From the human T2T-CHM13v2.0 reference genome, Homo sapiens, in the NCBI RefSeq assembly GCF_009914755.1, contig NC_060927.1: a DNA stretch of 64,000 nucleotides. One strand, 5' to 3'. The position numbers were made by a program, and so were the translations under genes. Positions within the stretch are counted from its first letter, which is position 1. Each line of letters starts with the position of its first letter. Shown here piece by piece: positions 14,193 through 29,543 of the stretch. The notes under the pieces are model-generated. The model worked only from the letters and a program-made list of their open reading frames with translations, was not told the origin of the DNA and did not search any database.

Positions 14193-14880
14193 CTATTTAT
14201 CTAGAATCCTCGCTGACGCTAGCGTTTGGGTCTCCAAAATACATCCAGAAATGAAGTGGATGCGATCACACGCTCCAAGTCTCATTCTCTTGGCTAAAGT
14301 GCTACCTTTTAAAGCCTTCTCCGGCTAAAGAGGGTTCATTAAATACTTTCCCTTGAGGGCTACCTAGGGAGTTGGCCTGAACAGGTAAGAGGTTTCAGAA
14401 GGAATACTGGGATCTGATAAACGAGGAAGAATAACCTCTCCGGAGAAGAAGAGAGGGAAAAGGATCTAGGCCGACAGAACAGCAGGGGAAATCGTTTCCA
14501 CTTGCTAAAGGCAGTAAGGACAGCAACATTGGCAAGCTTTTCTGAACTGCAGGAATGCTTTTTCCCTGTGTTATTTTGGCAAATTTCATTGAACTCAGCA
14601 TGGATGTTCTTGCTAGGATGTTGGTTTTCATGCAGCCAGCTGTTTAGGCGCGGCTTCACTGACCTTAAGTATTCAGAAAGTATTCCTACACTGGGTGGTG
14701 TCCAGGGCCTGACACTTTCCACCGACTTTTCCATGAACCATGTTTGCTCCTTCCTTAAACCTGTCACTTATAGAGTGTTTCTGCAGTGCATTCCTCTGTG
14801 CCGCAGTTTCTTCCTTCTGGACACAATTTATTTTAAATGGGTCAGCATTTTTTTTCTTTTTCGATGTTTTAACTTTTAAA
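14193..14880. promoter_or_regulatory. Candidate promoter/enhancer with possible non-coding first exon(s)
   Basis: No recognisable repeat. By hand count, 15 CpG in 14201-14880 versus about 7 in 11600-13100. Minus-strand donor TAG|GTAACT (exon end 14193) and plus-strand donor CAG|GTAAGA (exon end 14384). Function is inferred. Confidence 0.4.
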
Positions 14881-15184
14881 TATTCCATTAACATTTTGGG
14901 ATGGGCTGAGCCCCTGTTACTTCCTATTATACTTTCTCTATCCTTTTCTTCATTTTATTGGGAGCCTGGGATGATGCAGACAAAGAGAGTGGGTAGGAAA
15001 GGGCTTCCATTGTTACATTTATTTTACCACCTTTACAGAGAAAGGCAGGATATTTTGATTACTTGGGAATTAATTCTGTTCTGTTACATATTTTATTCTG
15101 CTTTTAAACTTTTAGGAGGAAACTGAAAGGCAGGATGGTATTTTCAAAGATTGTGAGCTGGTTCTGTTTTGCTTTTGTATATAA

Positions 15185-15315
15185 TAGTAATAGGCAACAT
15201 ATAGTGAGTGCTTATACGTGTCAGGCACTGTTCTAAGCTCTATGCCTGTATCAATGTAACTTTACAACAACTTTGTAAGTTGGTACTGTTTTATCTCAAC
15301 TTATAGCTGGGACAC
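15185..15315 (-). mobile_element. MIR fragment
   Basis: 'gagtgcttatacgtgtcaggcactgttctaagc' is the reverse complement of the MIR 3' end. Confidence 0.65.
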
Positions 15316-15318
15316 CTA

Positions 15319-15683
<365 letters not shown>

Positions 15684-16167
15684 AATTAGGTTCCTAAGTC
15701 CATGTCTTTCTTAATATAATGCACTGCCTTCTCTTATACTGTGTGAAGCTCAGACCAGAACTTTCATGCTTAAAAATAAATGAACACATAAATCTTTTTT
15801 GACTACATTCTATTTGAATATTAAGTTAAAATTAATAAAAGAAAAACCCCTCTACCACCCTTCCACTCTATGTTTCAGTTAGAGACTACATGTTTCCTGA
15901 ATCACATCTAGTGAGCATCTTTGACTTTGTACACCACAAGAAGTAAACTTAAATTTTGGTACACTGCATATCTCTCATACTTGGGGCAGAGAAGGCAAGA
16001 CCCTGGACCTCTGCAATGGAGTAGATAACATTTCTACTCTAAAAAACAAATTTTTCACTTGGAACAACTTCCCTTTCATTAGCCTCAGTTTTTCCCCTCC
16101 TTGAAATCGCTGGGTGGAAATTGTCAGCCTTTACGTTAAATCTCTTAATATTTAATAACTATACGTG

Positions 16168-16476
<309 letters not shown>

Positions 16477-17782
16477 TATTTTATATTTTAACTATATCTT
16501 TATTCACATGTATATTCCTAATTCCTTTCCCTGCTGTATGTTCAGTGCCAAAGTATCCGGTTCAAAAAAAAAAAAAAAAGTTTTTCCTGGGGATAGCTCA
16601 GTCAGTAATCAGGCATCACATCCCTAAGCATCCTTTTGTTATTCCAGACTGTTTCAAGTAAAAATGTCTCTCTATAGATTTATTTTCCCTGGTCTGTTAA
16701 ATGCTTACATAATGTCATCACTGTCACAGCTATGACCATTCTAAGGAATGGTGGCAACTCCTTGCTGCCACATGGTTAACACGGTTGCTATATTGCTTTG
16801 CCATTGATTGATTGTGATTGAAAGTCTTCATCCTAAGTCATCCTTTGATGTCTTATTGATAACTTGAAGGATATTTTATTGGTGTCATAAATCCCACATT
16901 TTAAGAATCCTTTAGGTGATAATGGAATTGATAATTACAAATTAAGAGAGTCCTATTTTATGAAGAGGAGGCATTTTAAAGTTCTTGCACAATTCAAAAC
17001 TCACAAAATCCAAGTCAAGCTCTAACAAATGCTGGTGGTTTTTGTGCATTCCAGCTTACATGGAAATCACCTCAACATTGTCAGTGGGTCACTCAGTAGT
17101 TACTCAACATGCATATCCTGCAATTCTTAGGAACTGAAAAAATTTAGATCCACATGACTTCATTTTTTAAAATACGGTTAGACATTATTAATATTTCCAT
17201 CTTGTATGCTTTCAAATGTCATAGTCCAAATTAAAATAAAACCATACAGTATTTTATTCTTCCACCTAGGTTTATGGAGATAGGCAAGTCTATATAACAT
17301 TGAATTTAATTCTTTGTTGTACTTGCCCCTATTGAGTATGCCATGGTGAAGGACGATACCTGTGCCTGGCATTGTCTGGAAAATAGGTGAGGCCAAACCA
17401 ATATTTTTTCAAAAATAGATGAATAAATACATAAACTGTTGTCCCACTGAACTTATTTTCTTAACATAGGATCTTGCTAGCTGTAGAATTAATTTTTTTA
17501 TTTCATCCCTTTTAAACCTTTTATAGGCTTTTCTATTCATTTCTTTGGCATTTGTAAGGCCTCATTGAGAACATGCTACTTACATCCCTAGTACTACTGA
17601 TTCCAAACGGAATGAGAATGAGTTGGCTGATGTAGGTGCCAACAAAACCTAATTCTATCTAAGACTGCATAGATAAAACTACAATTTCCAGAACAAACGG
17701 AGATAGTCTTGCTCAAGTTTTGCACCACACAGGCTGTGTCTGACAGGCAGGACTCAACAACCACTGACACACAGGACAAACC

Positions 17783-18007
17783 ACATGCCAGGCACTGTGC
17801 TAAGTGTGCTAAACACATCATCTGCTTTACCCCCAAGCAGCCCCCATGGAACACCTTTTATTAATATTATCCATTTTATATATGAAGACACACATATTTA
17901 AAGAAGTTTATCCCAGGTTCACAGCTAATAAGTCACCAAGCTCAGACTCAAACCTTAGGTTATTCTGACTCCCTAGCTGTGTCCTTAATCACTGTGCTCT
18001 ATTGCCT
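17783..18007 (-). mobile_element. MIR
   Basis: 'atgccaggcactgtgctaagtg...ccattttata...cacagctaataagt...ctgactcc...taatcactgtgct'. Confidence 0.65.
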
Positions 18008-18554
18008 TATGAGATGGAGCTTCACAAAGAAATTATTGCCATAGGAGGCAAATCAAAACTGTCATTTTTTTTTGAGAAATCAAAATTACTGTGCTAAGTT
18101 TGTATGGATGATTAAAAACACCAAAAGACAGAATAAATATTTTCATCTCTCTGAAGGGTTATCACACAGTAAAAATTAGTTTAGATTTTTTTCATACATC
18201 AGCATTAAGAATGGAAGTTTTAGGGTGAGCAATTCAATCTCAATATGAGACAAGAACTAGTTATATCTATTCCAAATAGATTACTGGATGCTTGAGAAGG
18301 AAATAAAGGCTTCTGGTCATCATGTGGGAATGATAATTGCTCGCAAAGATGATAACAGATTTTTAGATAAGCTGAACTAAATGGCCTTAATGTTCCTTTA
18401 AAACGAAAGATTTTATGATCCTATGATAAACAGAAGCTAATAAAAGGGGAAGGAGAAGAAAGGGGGAAGAAATACTTATTGGCCACCTAGTTATAAATAC
18501 TCTGCTCCAACTCACTTAATACTCACCATGAGGTCAATGTTGTCCAAGAGGACA

Positions 18555-18705
18555 ACATCATCATCCCCATTTTGCATAAGGAAGGAACTGAAATAATATT
18601 CCCATATCATAGACAAAAAAACTGAGACTTAGAGTAATAACATGGCTAAGACTACACAAATGTGTAATAAAGCCAGAATTGAACTTCTGATCTTCTTGAC
18701 TCTAA
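18555..18705 (-). mobile_element. MIR fragment(s)
   Basis: 'atccccattttgcata..gaaggaactga' and 'aaactgagacttagag'. Confidence 0.5.
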
Positions 18706-19174
18706 GCAAAGGTCTTCAACAGAGGAAAAAATTGTGGGTATGGAACTACTGGAAGAGATACAGGAAGACCAAGTGCAAATTCAAAGAAATAAATAGGAGA
18801 GAACATGGAGAAATTCTGGGCTGAGGAGGTACCATCTGCACAGCATACCCTTGGGGAATAGTTGGCAGGCTATGGAAGTAGGGGAACAGGAGGAAGAGAT
18901 AAAGGTATTAACACAGTATGGCTCTGCCAGGATAGCCTCAGATGTGTTCTAAGAACTTAATGTTATTGCTTCAAATATTTTAGACTGAATATAGGGAAAT
19001 TAAGCGTCTTAAAAGAGATTGGAGCTGAGGTCTGGGGGGTCATTGGGGAAAATCTTATATATTCCCAGTCTACTAAATTTGCTAGCCACTGGTCAGAAGC
19101 AATATAATGAGCAGAGTTCAAGTAATTAGGTTTTGGCTGACTTCCTATGAGCACTTTGAAAGCTTAATGGGCAT

Positions 19175-19690
19175 TTGTATGCATTTATTTCTTCAATGAT
19201 TGTGTTGTAGATGCTGAAGATGCATCATTGAATAGATAGAATCCCTGGCTCCATGGAGCTTGCATTTGAGAGTGGAGAACAATGAAAATAATACATAAAT
19301 ACATTCTGAAGCATACGGAGAAAAGCAGTATGGAAGAATGAAGTAGAGCATGGCAAATGTGTTGGGAAGCAGGGAGGGAGCATAGCCACTTTAAATCTGT
19401 CTGCTGAGAAGGAGGCATTTGAGCAAGGCCTGAAGCAGTGGAGAAAAAAGCCCTGCAGATATTTCTAGGCAAAGTGTTCTAGAGGGAGGGAAGAGCTAAG
19501 GTAAAGGCCACAGGAAGGAAATGTAGATGCCTGTACTAAGAACAGTGAGGTGTGGAAGCCAGGAAAAAGAGATGAGGTCAGAAAGCAATCATGTGGGATC
19601 TTGAGGATAACCATAAAGCCATTAGCTTCTACTCTGCATATACTAGAAATTGTTGAGTATAGGCATGATATAACTTAATTTACATTTTAT
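19175..19690 (-). mobile_element. L2 fragment
   Basis: 'ccctggctccatggagcttgcatt', 'gaaggaggcatttgagcaaggcctgaag' and 'gtgttctagagggagggaagagc..aaaggcc' match reverse L2. Confidence 0.6.
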
Positions 19691-19819
19691 AATTACAAAG
19701 TAGATACCAAAATGCCCCATTGTGTTCATAAGAAATGGGTCGTTTACTACAGGTGCCACAAAGCAATAAGAAAAATGATTCCTAGTGCACATCATGTTGA
19801 AGAAATGAACTGATAAAAT

Positions 19820-22800
19820 TAAATACCAAAGAAGTAAATAAGCTCTATAATAAAAACTATAAAACACTTTGATGAAAGAAATTGAAGAGGAAACCAAAAT
19901 GTAAAGATGTTCAATGTTCACAGATTAGAAAGATCAGTATTGTTAAAATCTCCACAATATCCAAAGCAATCTAAAGATTGAATGCAATCCCTATCAATAA
20001 TACTTTTCAAAAAAATAGATAGACCCCATCCTAAAATTTATATGGAACCACAAAAGACCCAGAATAGCTAAAGCTGTCTTAAGTAAAAAGAACAAAACTA
20101 GTAGAATCACATTATTTGACTTCAAATTATACTAAAGAGCTATAGTACCCAAAACAGCATGGTACTTGCATGAAAACAGACACATAGACCAATGGAACAG
20201 AACACAGACCCAGGAACAAACCCACACACGTACAGTGAACTGATTTTCAACAAAGGTGCCAAGAACATACACTGGGGAAAAGACAGTCTCTTCAATTAAT
20301 GTTGCTGGGGAAACTGGACAACCATATGCAGAAGAATCAAACTAGACTCCTATCTCTTGCCATATACAAAAGTCAAATCAAAATGATTAAAGACTTAAAT
20401 GTAAGACCTTGTATTAGTTCATTTTCATGCCACTGATAAAGACATGCCCGAGACTGGGCAATTTACAAAAGAAAGAGGCTTAAGTGGACTCACAGATCCA
20501 AGTGGATTGGTAGACCTCACAATCATAGTGGAATGCAAGGAGAAGCCAGTCACATCTTATGTGGATGGCAGCAGGCAAAAAAAAAAAAAAAGCTTGTGTA
20601 GGACAACTCCCATTTTTAAAACCATCAGATCTCATGAGACCCATTCCCTATCAAGAGAACAGCATGGGAAAGAACTGCTGCCACAATTCAATCATCTCCC
20701 ATCGTGTCTCTTCCACAACACTTGGGAATTACGGGAGCTACAAGATGAGATGTGGGTGGGGACACAGAGCCAAACCATATCTTTCCACTTCTGGCCCCTC
20801 CCAAATCTCGTATCTTCACATTTCAGAACTTATCATGTCTTCCCAACAGTCCCCCAAAGTCTTAACTCATTTCAGCATTAACTCAAAAGTCCACAGTCCA
20901 AAGTCTTATCTGAGACAAGGCAAATACCTTCCACTATGAGCCTGTAAAATCAAAAGCAAGTTCCTTACTTCCTAGATACAATGACGGTACAGGCATTGGA
21001 TAAATTCAGCCATTCCAAATGGGAGAAATTGGCCAAAACCAAGGGGCTACAGGCCCCATGCAAGTCTGAAATCCAGCAGGGAAGTCAAATCTTAAAGCTC
21101 CAAAATGATCTCCTTTGACTCCATGTCTCACATCTAGGTCGTGCTGATGCAAGAGGTAGGTTCCCATAGTCTTGGGCAGCTCTGCCCCTGTGGCTTTGCA
21201 GGGTACAGCCTCCCTCCCGGCTGCCTTCATGGGCTGGCCTTGAGTGCGTGCAGCTTTTTCCAGCGCAGGGTGCAAGCTGTCAGTGGATCTACCATTCTGG
21301 GGTCTGGAGGACAGTGGCCCTCTTCTCATGGCTCCACCAGGCAGTGCCCCAGTAGGAACTCTGTGTGGGAGGTCCCACCCCACATTTCCCTCTGCCCTGC
21401 CCTAACAGAGGTTATCCATTAGGACACTGCCCCTACAGCAAACTCCTGCCTGGGCATCCAGGTGTTTCCGTACATCTTCTGAAATCTAGGCAGAGGTTCC
21501 CAAACCTCAATTCTTGACTTCTGTGAACTGGCAGGCTCAACACCACATGGAAGCTGCCAAGGCTTGAGGCTTGCACCTTCTGAAGCCATAGCCTGAGCTC
21601 TATATTGGCCCCTTTCAGCCCTGGCTGGGCAGCTGGGACACAGGGCACCAAGTCCCTAGGCTTCACACAGCTTGAGGATCCTGGGCCCAGCCCACTAAAC
21701 TACTTTTTCCTACTAGGCCTCTGGGCTTGTGATGGGAGGGGCTGCAGTGAAGGCCTCTGACATGCCCTGGAGACATTTTCCCCATTGTCTTGGGGATTAA
21801 CGTTGACTCTGTGTTACTTATGCAAATTTTTGCAGTTGGCTTGGCTTTCTCCTCAGAAAATAAGATTTTCTTTTCTATGGCATTGTCAGGCTACAAATTT
21901 TTCAAACTTTTATGCTCTGCTTCCCTTATAAAACTGCCTTTAACCGCACCTAAAGTCACATCTTGAATGCTTTGCTGCTTAGAAATTTCTTCTGCCAGAT
22001 ACCTTAAATCATCTCTCTCAAGTTCAAAGTTCCACAAATCTCTAAGGTAGGGGCAAAATGCTGGCAGTTTCTTTGCTAAAACATAATAAGAGTCACCTTT
22101 GCTCCAGTTCCCAACAAATTCCTCATCTCCATCGGAGACCACCTCAGCCTGGACCTTATTGTTCATATCACTGTCAGAATCTTAGTCAAAGCCATTCAAC
22201 AAGTCTCTAGGAAGTTCCAAACTTTCCCATATTTTTCTCTCCTCTTCTGAGCCCTCCAAACTGTTCTAACTGCCTGTTACCCAGTTCCAAAGTCGCTTCC
22301 ACATTTTCAGTATCTTTTCAGCAGCCCCCACTCCCATTACCAATTTACTGTATTAGTTCATTTTCACACTGCTGATAAAGACATGCCAGAGAGGCAGTTT
22401 ACAAAAGAAAAAGGCTTAATTGGACTCACAGTTCCACATGGCTGGAGAGGGCCTCACAATCATGGCGGAATGCAAGGAGGAGCAAGTCACATCTTATGTG
22501 GATGGCGGCAGGCAAAAAAAGAGCTTGTGCAGGAAAATTCCCCTTTTTAAAACCATCAGATCTCATGAGACCCATTCACTCTCAGGAGAACAGCATGGGT
22601 AATACCCACCCCCATAACTCAGTCATCTCCCACCAGGTCCCTTCCGAAACACGTGGGAATTATGAGAGCTACAAGATGAGATTTGGGTGGGAACATAGAG
22701 CCAAACCATATCAGACCTCAAATCGTGAAACTACCACCTGAAAACATTGGGGAAACTCTCCATGACATTGTCTGGGGCAAAATTTTCTTGAGTAATACCC

Positions 22801-23995
22801 CAAAACACAGGCCACCAAAGCAAAAATGGACAAATGGGGTCAATATCAAGTTAAACAACTTCTGCACAGCAAAGGAAACAATCAACAAACTGAAGAGAAA
22901 GCTCACAGAATGGGAGAAAATATTTGCCAATCGCCCCAGTGACAAGAGATTAATAACCAGAACATATAAGAAGCTCAAACAACTCTATAGGAAAAAAATC
23001 TAATAATCCAATTTAGAAATGGGCAAGCAATTTGAATAGACGTATCTCAAAAGACATACAAACGGCAAACAGCCATATTAAAAGGCGCCCAGCATCTTGA
23101 TCATTACAGAAATGCAAATCAAAACTACAATGAGATATCACCTCACCACAGCTAAAATAGCTTACATCAACAAGACAGGCAATAACTAATGCTGGCAAGG
23201 ATGTGGAGAAAAGGGAACCCTTGTGTGCTGTTGGTGAGAATGTAAATTGGTACAACTGCTATGTAGAACAGTTTAGAGTTTCCTCAAAAAAAAAAAAAAA
23301 AAAAACTAAAAATTGAGTTACCATTTGATCCCACAAGCCCACTGCTGGGTATGTACCCAAAAGAAAGGTAATCAGTATATAGAAGCAATATCTGAGCTCC
23401 TACGTTAGTTGCAGCACTGTTCACAATACCCAAGATTTGGAAGCAACCTAAATGTCCATCAACAGATGAACAGATAAAGAAAATGTGATACATATACACA
23501 ATGGAGTACTATTCAGCCATAAAAAAAGAATGACACCCTGTCATTTGCAACAACATGGATGGAACTGGAGGTCACTATGTTAGGTGAAATAAGCCAGGCA
23601 CAGAAAGACAAACATTACATGTTCTCACTTATTTGTGGGATCTAAAAATCAACTCATTGATGTAGAAAATAGAGTGATGGTTACCAGAGCCTAGGAAGGG
23701 TAGTGAGGGGGCACAGGGGGTGTTTGAGTACAAAAAACAATAGTTAGAAAGAATAAATAAGACCTAGTATTTGATACCACAACTGGGTGATAGTAGTCAA
23801 TAAAAATTGTAAATTTTAAAATAAATAAAAAATTGTAATTGGATTATTTATAACACAAAGGATAAATGCTTGAATGGATGATACCTCATTTTCCATGATG
23901 TGATTATCACGCATTGCATGCTTCTATCAAAACATTTCATGTACTCCATAAGTATATACACTTACGATATATCCATAAAAATTAAAAATAAAACA
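19820..23995 (+). mobile_element. L1MA (L1MA2/3-like) 3' portion, split by THE1A
   Basis: ORF2 remnants (e.g. ...KLNNFCTAKETINKLKRKLTEWEKIFAN...) are continuous across the THE1 insertion ('aatgtaagacct|caaatcgtgaaact'). L1MA-type 3'UTR 'ggataaatgcttga...catgatgtgattat..cattgcatgc' ends A-rich. Confidence 0.85.
20410..22713 (-). mobile_element. Full-length THE1A (ERVL-MaLR): LTR-internal-LTR
   Basis: LTRs at 20410-20782 and 22349-22713 flank a ~1.57-kb internal region with broken MaLR ORF pieces. Polypurine tract lies next to the left LTR. 5-bp TSD GACCT (20405-20409 / 22714-22718). Confidence 0.92.
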
Positions 23996-25101
23996 TTTTT
24001 TTAAATGCACTGAAATTTCCTCCAGATATCTAATCTCCACCTGCCCTAAACAAATTATTCTCTCCATCAGTAATACCGTCTCTCTTCCCTCTTCCTGACA
24101 CAGCTGCCAAAAGTCTTTTCTGCTGTTCTCAGCTCCTGTGCTCAACTTATATACCTCATTTGGCCAAGTAAATGCATTTTATTCAACTCTAAGAGCAAAC
24201 TTTTATTTTTTTCCTTAAGTGTGCCCTTAAAAGATCTCACTCTCCACCCTATCCAAACTTAACAAAAACATTCACCCCCAAAAACCACTTCCTTGGGGAT
24301 GACTTTGCTGCTAAGAAAATAAAATTTTCTCCATGTTGTTATGTTTACGTTGTCTACTATTTAAGTAGACCAAACAGAATGTGATTAGGTTTTTTGAGAC
24401 ATGGGTTGGGGTCTTTGTCGAAGTTAGCACCTTAGCTCATGGGCTATAATAATAAGGTGTGGGTGCTAATATATCACAAACTATAATATATTTGCAACTA
24501 CATCTTATTTCAGAAAAGGATGTTGTTTTGGGAAGCAGTGAGTCAGCAGAACATTGAACACAAGGCAAAAGAAAGGAGATTTCATTCCCACTTTCAAATG
24601 GAAGTTCGTAACATTCCTGAATTATCCACAAACAGGGCTGCCAACCTGGAATCAATTAAGAGTCTCCCACTGGGGTGCAACGGGAGGGAGTAAGATCTTC
24701 AAAACTGTATTTTCATTAGTAAAGTAGAGAAACTGGCTTCAAGAAGGTGGCTGGCTTGGCTAGTAGGCCAGGAGGAGAGGAGAAGGGCAAAGTGTGGGAG
24801 AAGGTATAAAAGTCCAGCTTTGCCATTTTGCCAAGCACCGCTTTGAACAGAGCCAGAGGGTGTGAAATCAGAAAGCTTAGTAGCACCCCAGTTCTCCCTT
24901 TGCACCCTTTGCAAAGGTAGTACCATCAACAGGAATAGCAACTCTCAACAAGTCTTCATTATAATAGAATGTCCTCTACAGTTTAAGTTCAGTGACCACA
25001 AACCTCTTCATCACAAGAGATTTCCAGTCTTACGACAGGCGGTAGGTGGACACTAGAAAATTCTCCTACAACCATTTACTCCAAAAACACAAGCAATGTC
25101 T

Positions 25102-25420
25102 TAGATCCCTGCTACTCCAAATGTGGTACCCACACCAGCAACAGCAGAGTTAGAAATGCAGAATCTTGGACTGCATTCTAGGCCCACTGAATCAGAAACT
25201 GATTTTAACAACACCCCCAGGTAATTTATATGAACATTAAAATGGTAGAATTGACTTAAATCAATTAGGCTCGAACGTTGCATATTAGAATCACCTGGGG
25301 AGGTTTTTACACACCCTCCCCAGTGCAGGCAGTACTCTATATGATGTATCTCAATTATCAGTATTTTTAAAACCCAAGTGGTTCCAATATGCAGCCAATT
25401 TTGAGGAACCATGACTTAAA
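25102..25420. mobile_element. Two adjacent MER5-family hAT-Charlie MITEs
   Basis: 'gttagaaatgcagaatct...actgaatcagaa...ttttaacaa' and 'catattagaatcacctggggag...aatatgcagcca..ttgaggaacca'. Confidence 0.7.
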
Positions 25421-25529
25421 GATAACAATAACAATATTTGTATTCAAATGAAAACTTTCCCCAAACTTTGCATTACTAATTACCTCTTGGGTTTTCCTGA
25501 TAACTTAGATATTAAACATTTCAATGTAT

Positions 25530-27196
<1,667 letters not shown>

Positions 27197-27919
27197 AAAA
27201 ATCTCAATGTATTCTGCCATATAATTAATGCTTAGATTTCCCAAATTCTGATGACGCTAATTTTAATCTGCAATAGATCCATAACTGACAAAGGGTCACT
27301 TAGTCAAGAGAGTTTGCTGAGTCTTACCACTCAGAGATAAAACAATTATTTGTTTTTAAATAGCGTTTACAGTTCAAGATTGCTTTTCTGATTGAATACT
27401 TCTTCTCTCTTATTTCTCAAATTATTACTCTATTGAGTAAGAATCTTAACTATGTTCAACATTTTCAGGCATGATTATTATAAATATTTTGCAAGTTAGC
27501 TTCAGGAGCTGAAAAGATTTCTTGATGTCAGGTGATACTTTTGTTGAATCAACAAGATTGACTGGTCTCATGGCTGGTGTTTAGCAAGTCAATCATTTTC
27601 ACTACACAATAGATAACAGTGAACTAAAATTTTCTTTTATTCATTGGGAGGCTATTCTGTGATACTAAGAACAAAGAAAATCAAGTCTCTGTGGAACCAG
27701 AGTCAATCTTCCAAAATGTAACACATCCATTAGGAGAAAAAAAGAGTGTCAGACAAGAAACAAATTGGCTAAATTGGTTGAAATATCTCTTTAAAATTAA
27801 GTTTACATATTAAAGGAAAGATAAAAGGAATATGCACATCATTTGCTAAGACACAAATATCATCTGATTTTCAGCTATTTCACATTTCTATTTTTTCCCC
27901 CTTACTACATTTTCAGCAC

Positions 27920-28400
27920 TTTTGGTTTTGAAAAGCAGAAAATGAAGTCAAACTGGCTTAAACAGAAAAGAAGATGAATTTATTGGTGCATATAACTAAA
28001 CTATCCATGGGTATCTGACTTCAGGTGCTGCTGGATCCAGTTGCTCCAATAATGTCAGAGTTAGTCTTTCTCTTTCTCCAGACTCTGCTTTTTCCCCCTT
28101 ACTTCCTTAATTTTTAGTTGTTTGTACCCCACAATTGTCAATTATGTCCAATAAACTTCAAATATATATCTCATTGCCTGATCGTGTTTTCATTGCCTGT
28201 CTCTGAATCAGGTTTATAGCCAAGGAGATACTTCTTGGCAAGATCTTGAGTCTGTGCTTATCCTGTGGAGTTGGAGATAGGGCCAACCCAGTTTAAATCA
28301 TATAAACTGAGAAGAGGTGAGGGTAATGATGCCCCAAAGGATAATCAAAGGATCGATGTCAGAAAAGGGAGAATGGATACCAAGGAGACAAAAATACTAC
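27920..28400 (-). mobile_element. Old MLT1 (K/L-like) MaLR LTR
   Basis: 'aactggcttaaacagaaaag...atttattggtgcatataact...cttcaggtgctgctggatccag' and '...tcagaaaagggagaatggat'. Confidence 0.6.
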
Positions 28401-29330
28401 TCTAGAAGAGATCCTGCATCATTTGCCTTTAAGACTGATACATAATATAACAGTTTCCTTTGAGAAGTCCAGGAGAAATGAGCTTAGAGAATTATCTTTT
28501 CATCTTTGTTTTTACCCGGCAGCAGAGACTTCCAACACATCTATGTTGTACCAACTCAATTTTAAGAAAGAAGAAATGTCTGACATTCCCTGTCATAAAT
28601 TCTTGAAGTACCACAGTCCATGAAGGGGAAACCTGAGGGCTGAGGGAAGTGGTGGAATAAGCACACTGTGGTCAGCCTTGCTAAGTGTTTCATTTATCTT
28701 GTTGAATGTGAAATTCATCTCTTTTGAGCATAGCCCGGTGCCCACTTACTTGTATGCTCTCCCTTATTCATCTACTGTTGATATAAAATTACTTAAACTC
28801 AGGGTTTTTAAGTGACTTGAGCAAAGAAAATCAACTTTCTATGGACCTAAACTCTATTTTCCAAAATGTAATACATCCAGGAAAATGTGCACCGAGGCTT
28901 CAAGGTGGGTTCCCAAGACTCAACCGATAACTGCTCTTTATCATCATAAATAGCAGCTCCCAGAAACCCAGCACAGACCCCAAGAAATTGTCACATGACT
29001 AAGACTGAACTCTTATCTACTTCTCAGTCTTGTATTTTTTTAAGACAAGTGAAAATGAGAAAAGTTTTGTACAATTGCACAATAGAAATAGGATTCATCA
29101 AATAAATGGTTGAGAAACACTCAAATATTTTCTGTGGAAATTCTTTCTTTCCATGGCTTATGGATGTGAAGAGTAATGTACTAGACAGATATCTAAATAT
29201 CTTGTCTTTTTCTCTGCCCACCCCATTCCAAGAATTAGAATATCAGCCCTTATTCAGAATTGTCAACTTGTCATCCTAGGAGATTCGCAGTGTAGTATCA
29301 GTTTTTAAAATGTGCCACCATTGCTTTAAA

Positions 29331-29543
29331 GTAGGGTTTCACAGTCGCAGTACTATTAATATTTTGAGTCAGATAATTTCTTATTGCAGGGGACTGTCTT
29401 ATGCATTGTAGCCTGTTCAGCAGCATCCCTAGCTTCTACCCACTAGATGTCAGCAGCAGCACCCCCTCTTTGTAACGACCAAAATCTCAGACATTGCCAA
29501 AGGTCCCCCGGGGTGCAAATGTGTTCCTGGTTGAGAACTTCTG
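29331..29543. mobile_element. MER20 hAT-Charlie MITE
   Basis: 'gggactgtcttatgcattgtag..gttcagcagcatccct..cttctacccactagatg...cagacattgccaaa...ggttgagaac'. Confidence 0.85.

Noticed and set aside
14360-15126. Cluster of overlapping 73-135 aa ORFs
   Set aside because: No recognisable protein similarity, and ORFs occur on both strands. Better explained by locally higher GC in a putative regulatory region.
16591-16612. 'ggatagctcagtcagta' resembling the 5' end of tRNA-Lys
   Set aside because: Only ~17 nt, with no anticodon or T arm and no TSD. Compatible with chance.
21006-22166. ORFs in the THE1 internal region as a functional gene
   Set aside because: Fragments of the MaLR internal ORF broken by stops and frameshifts.
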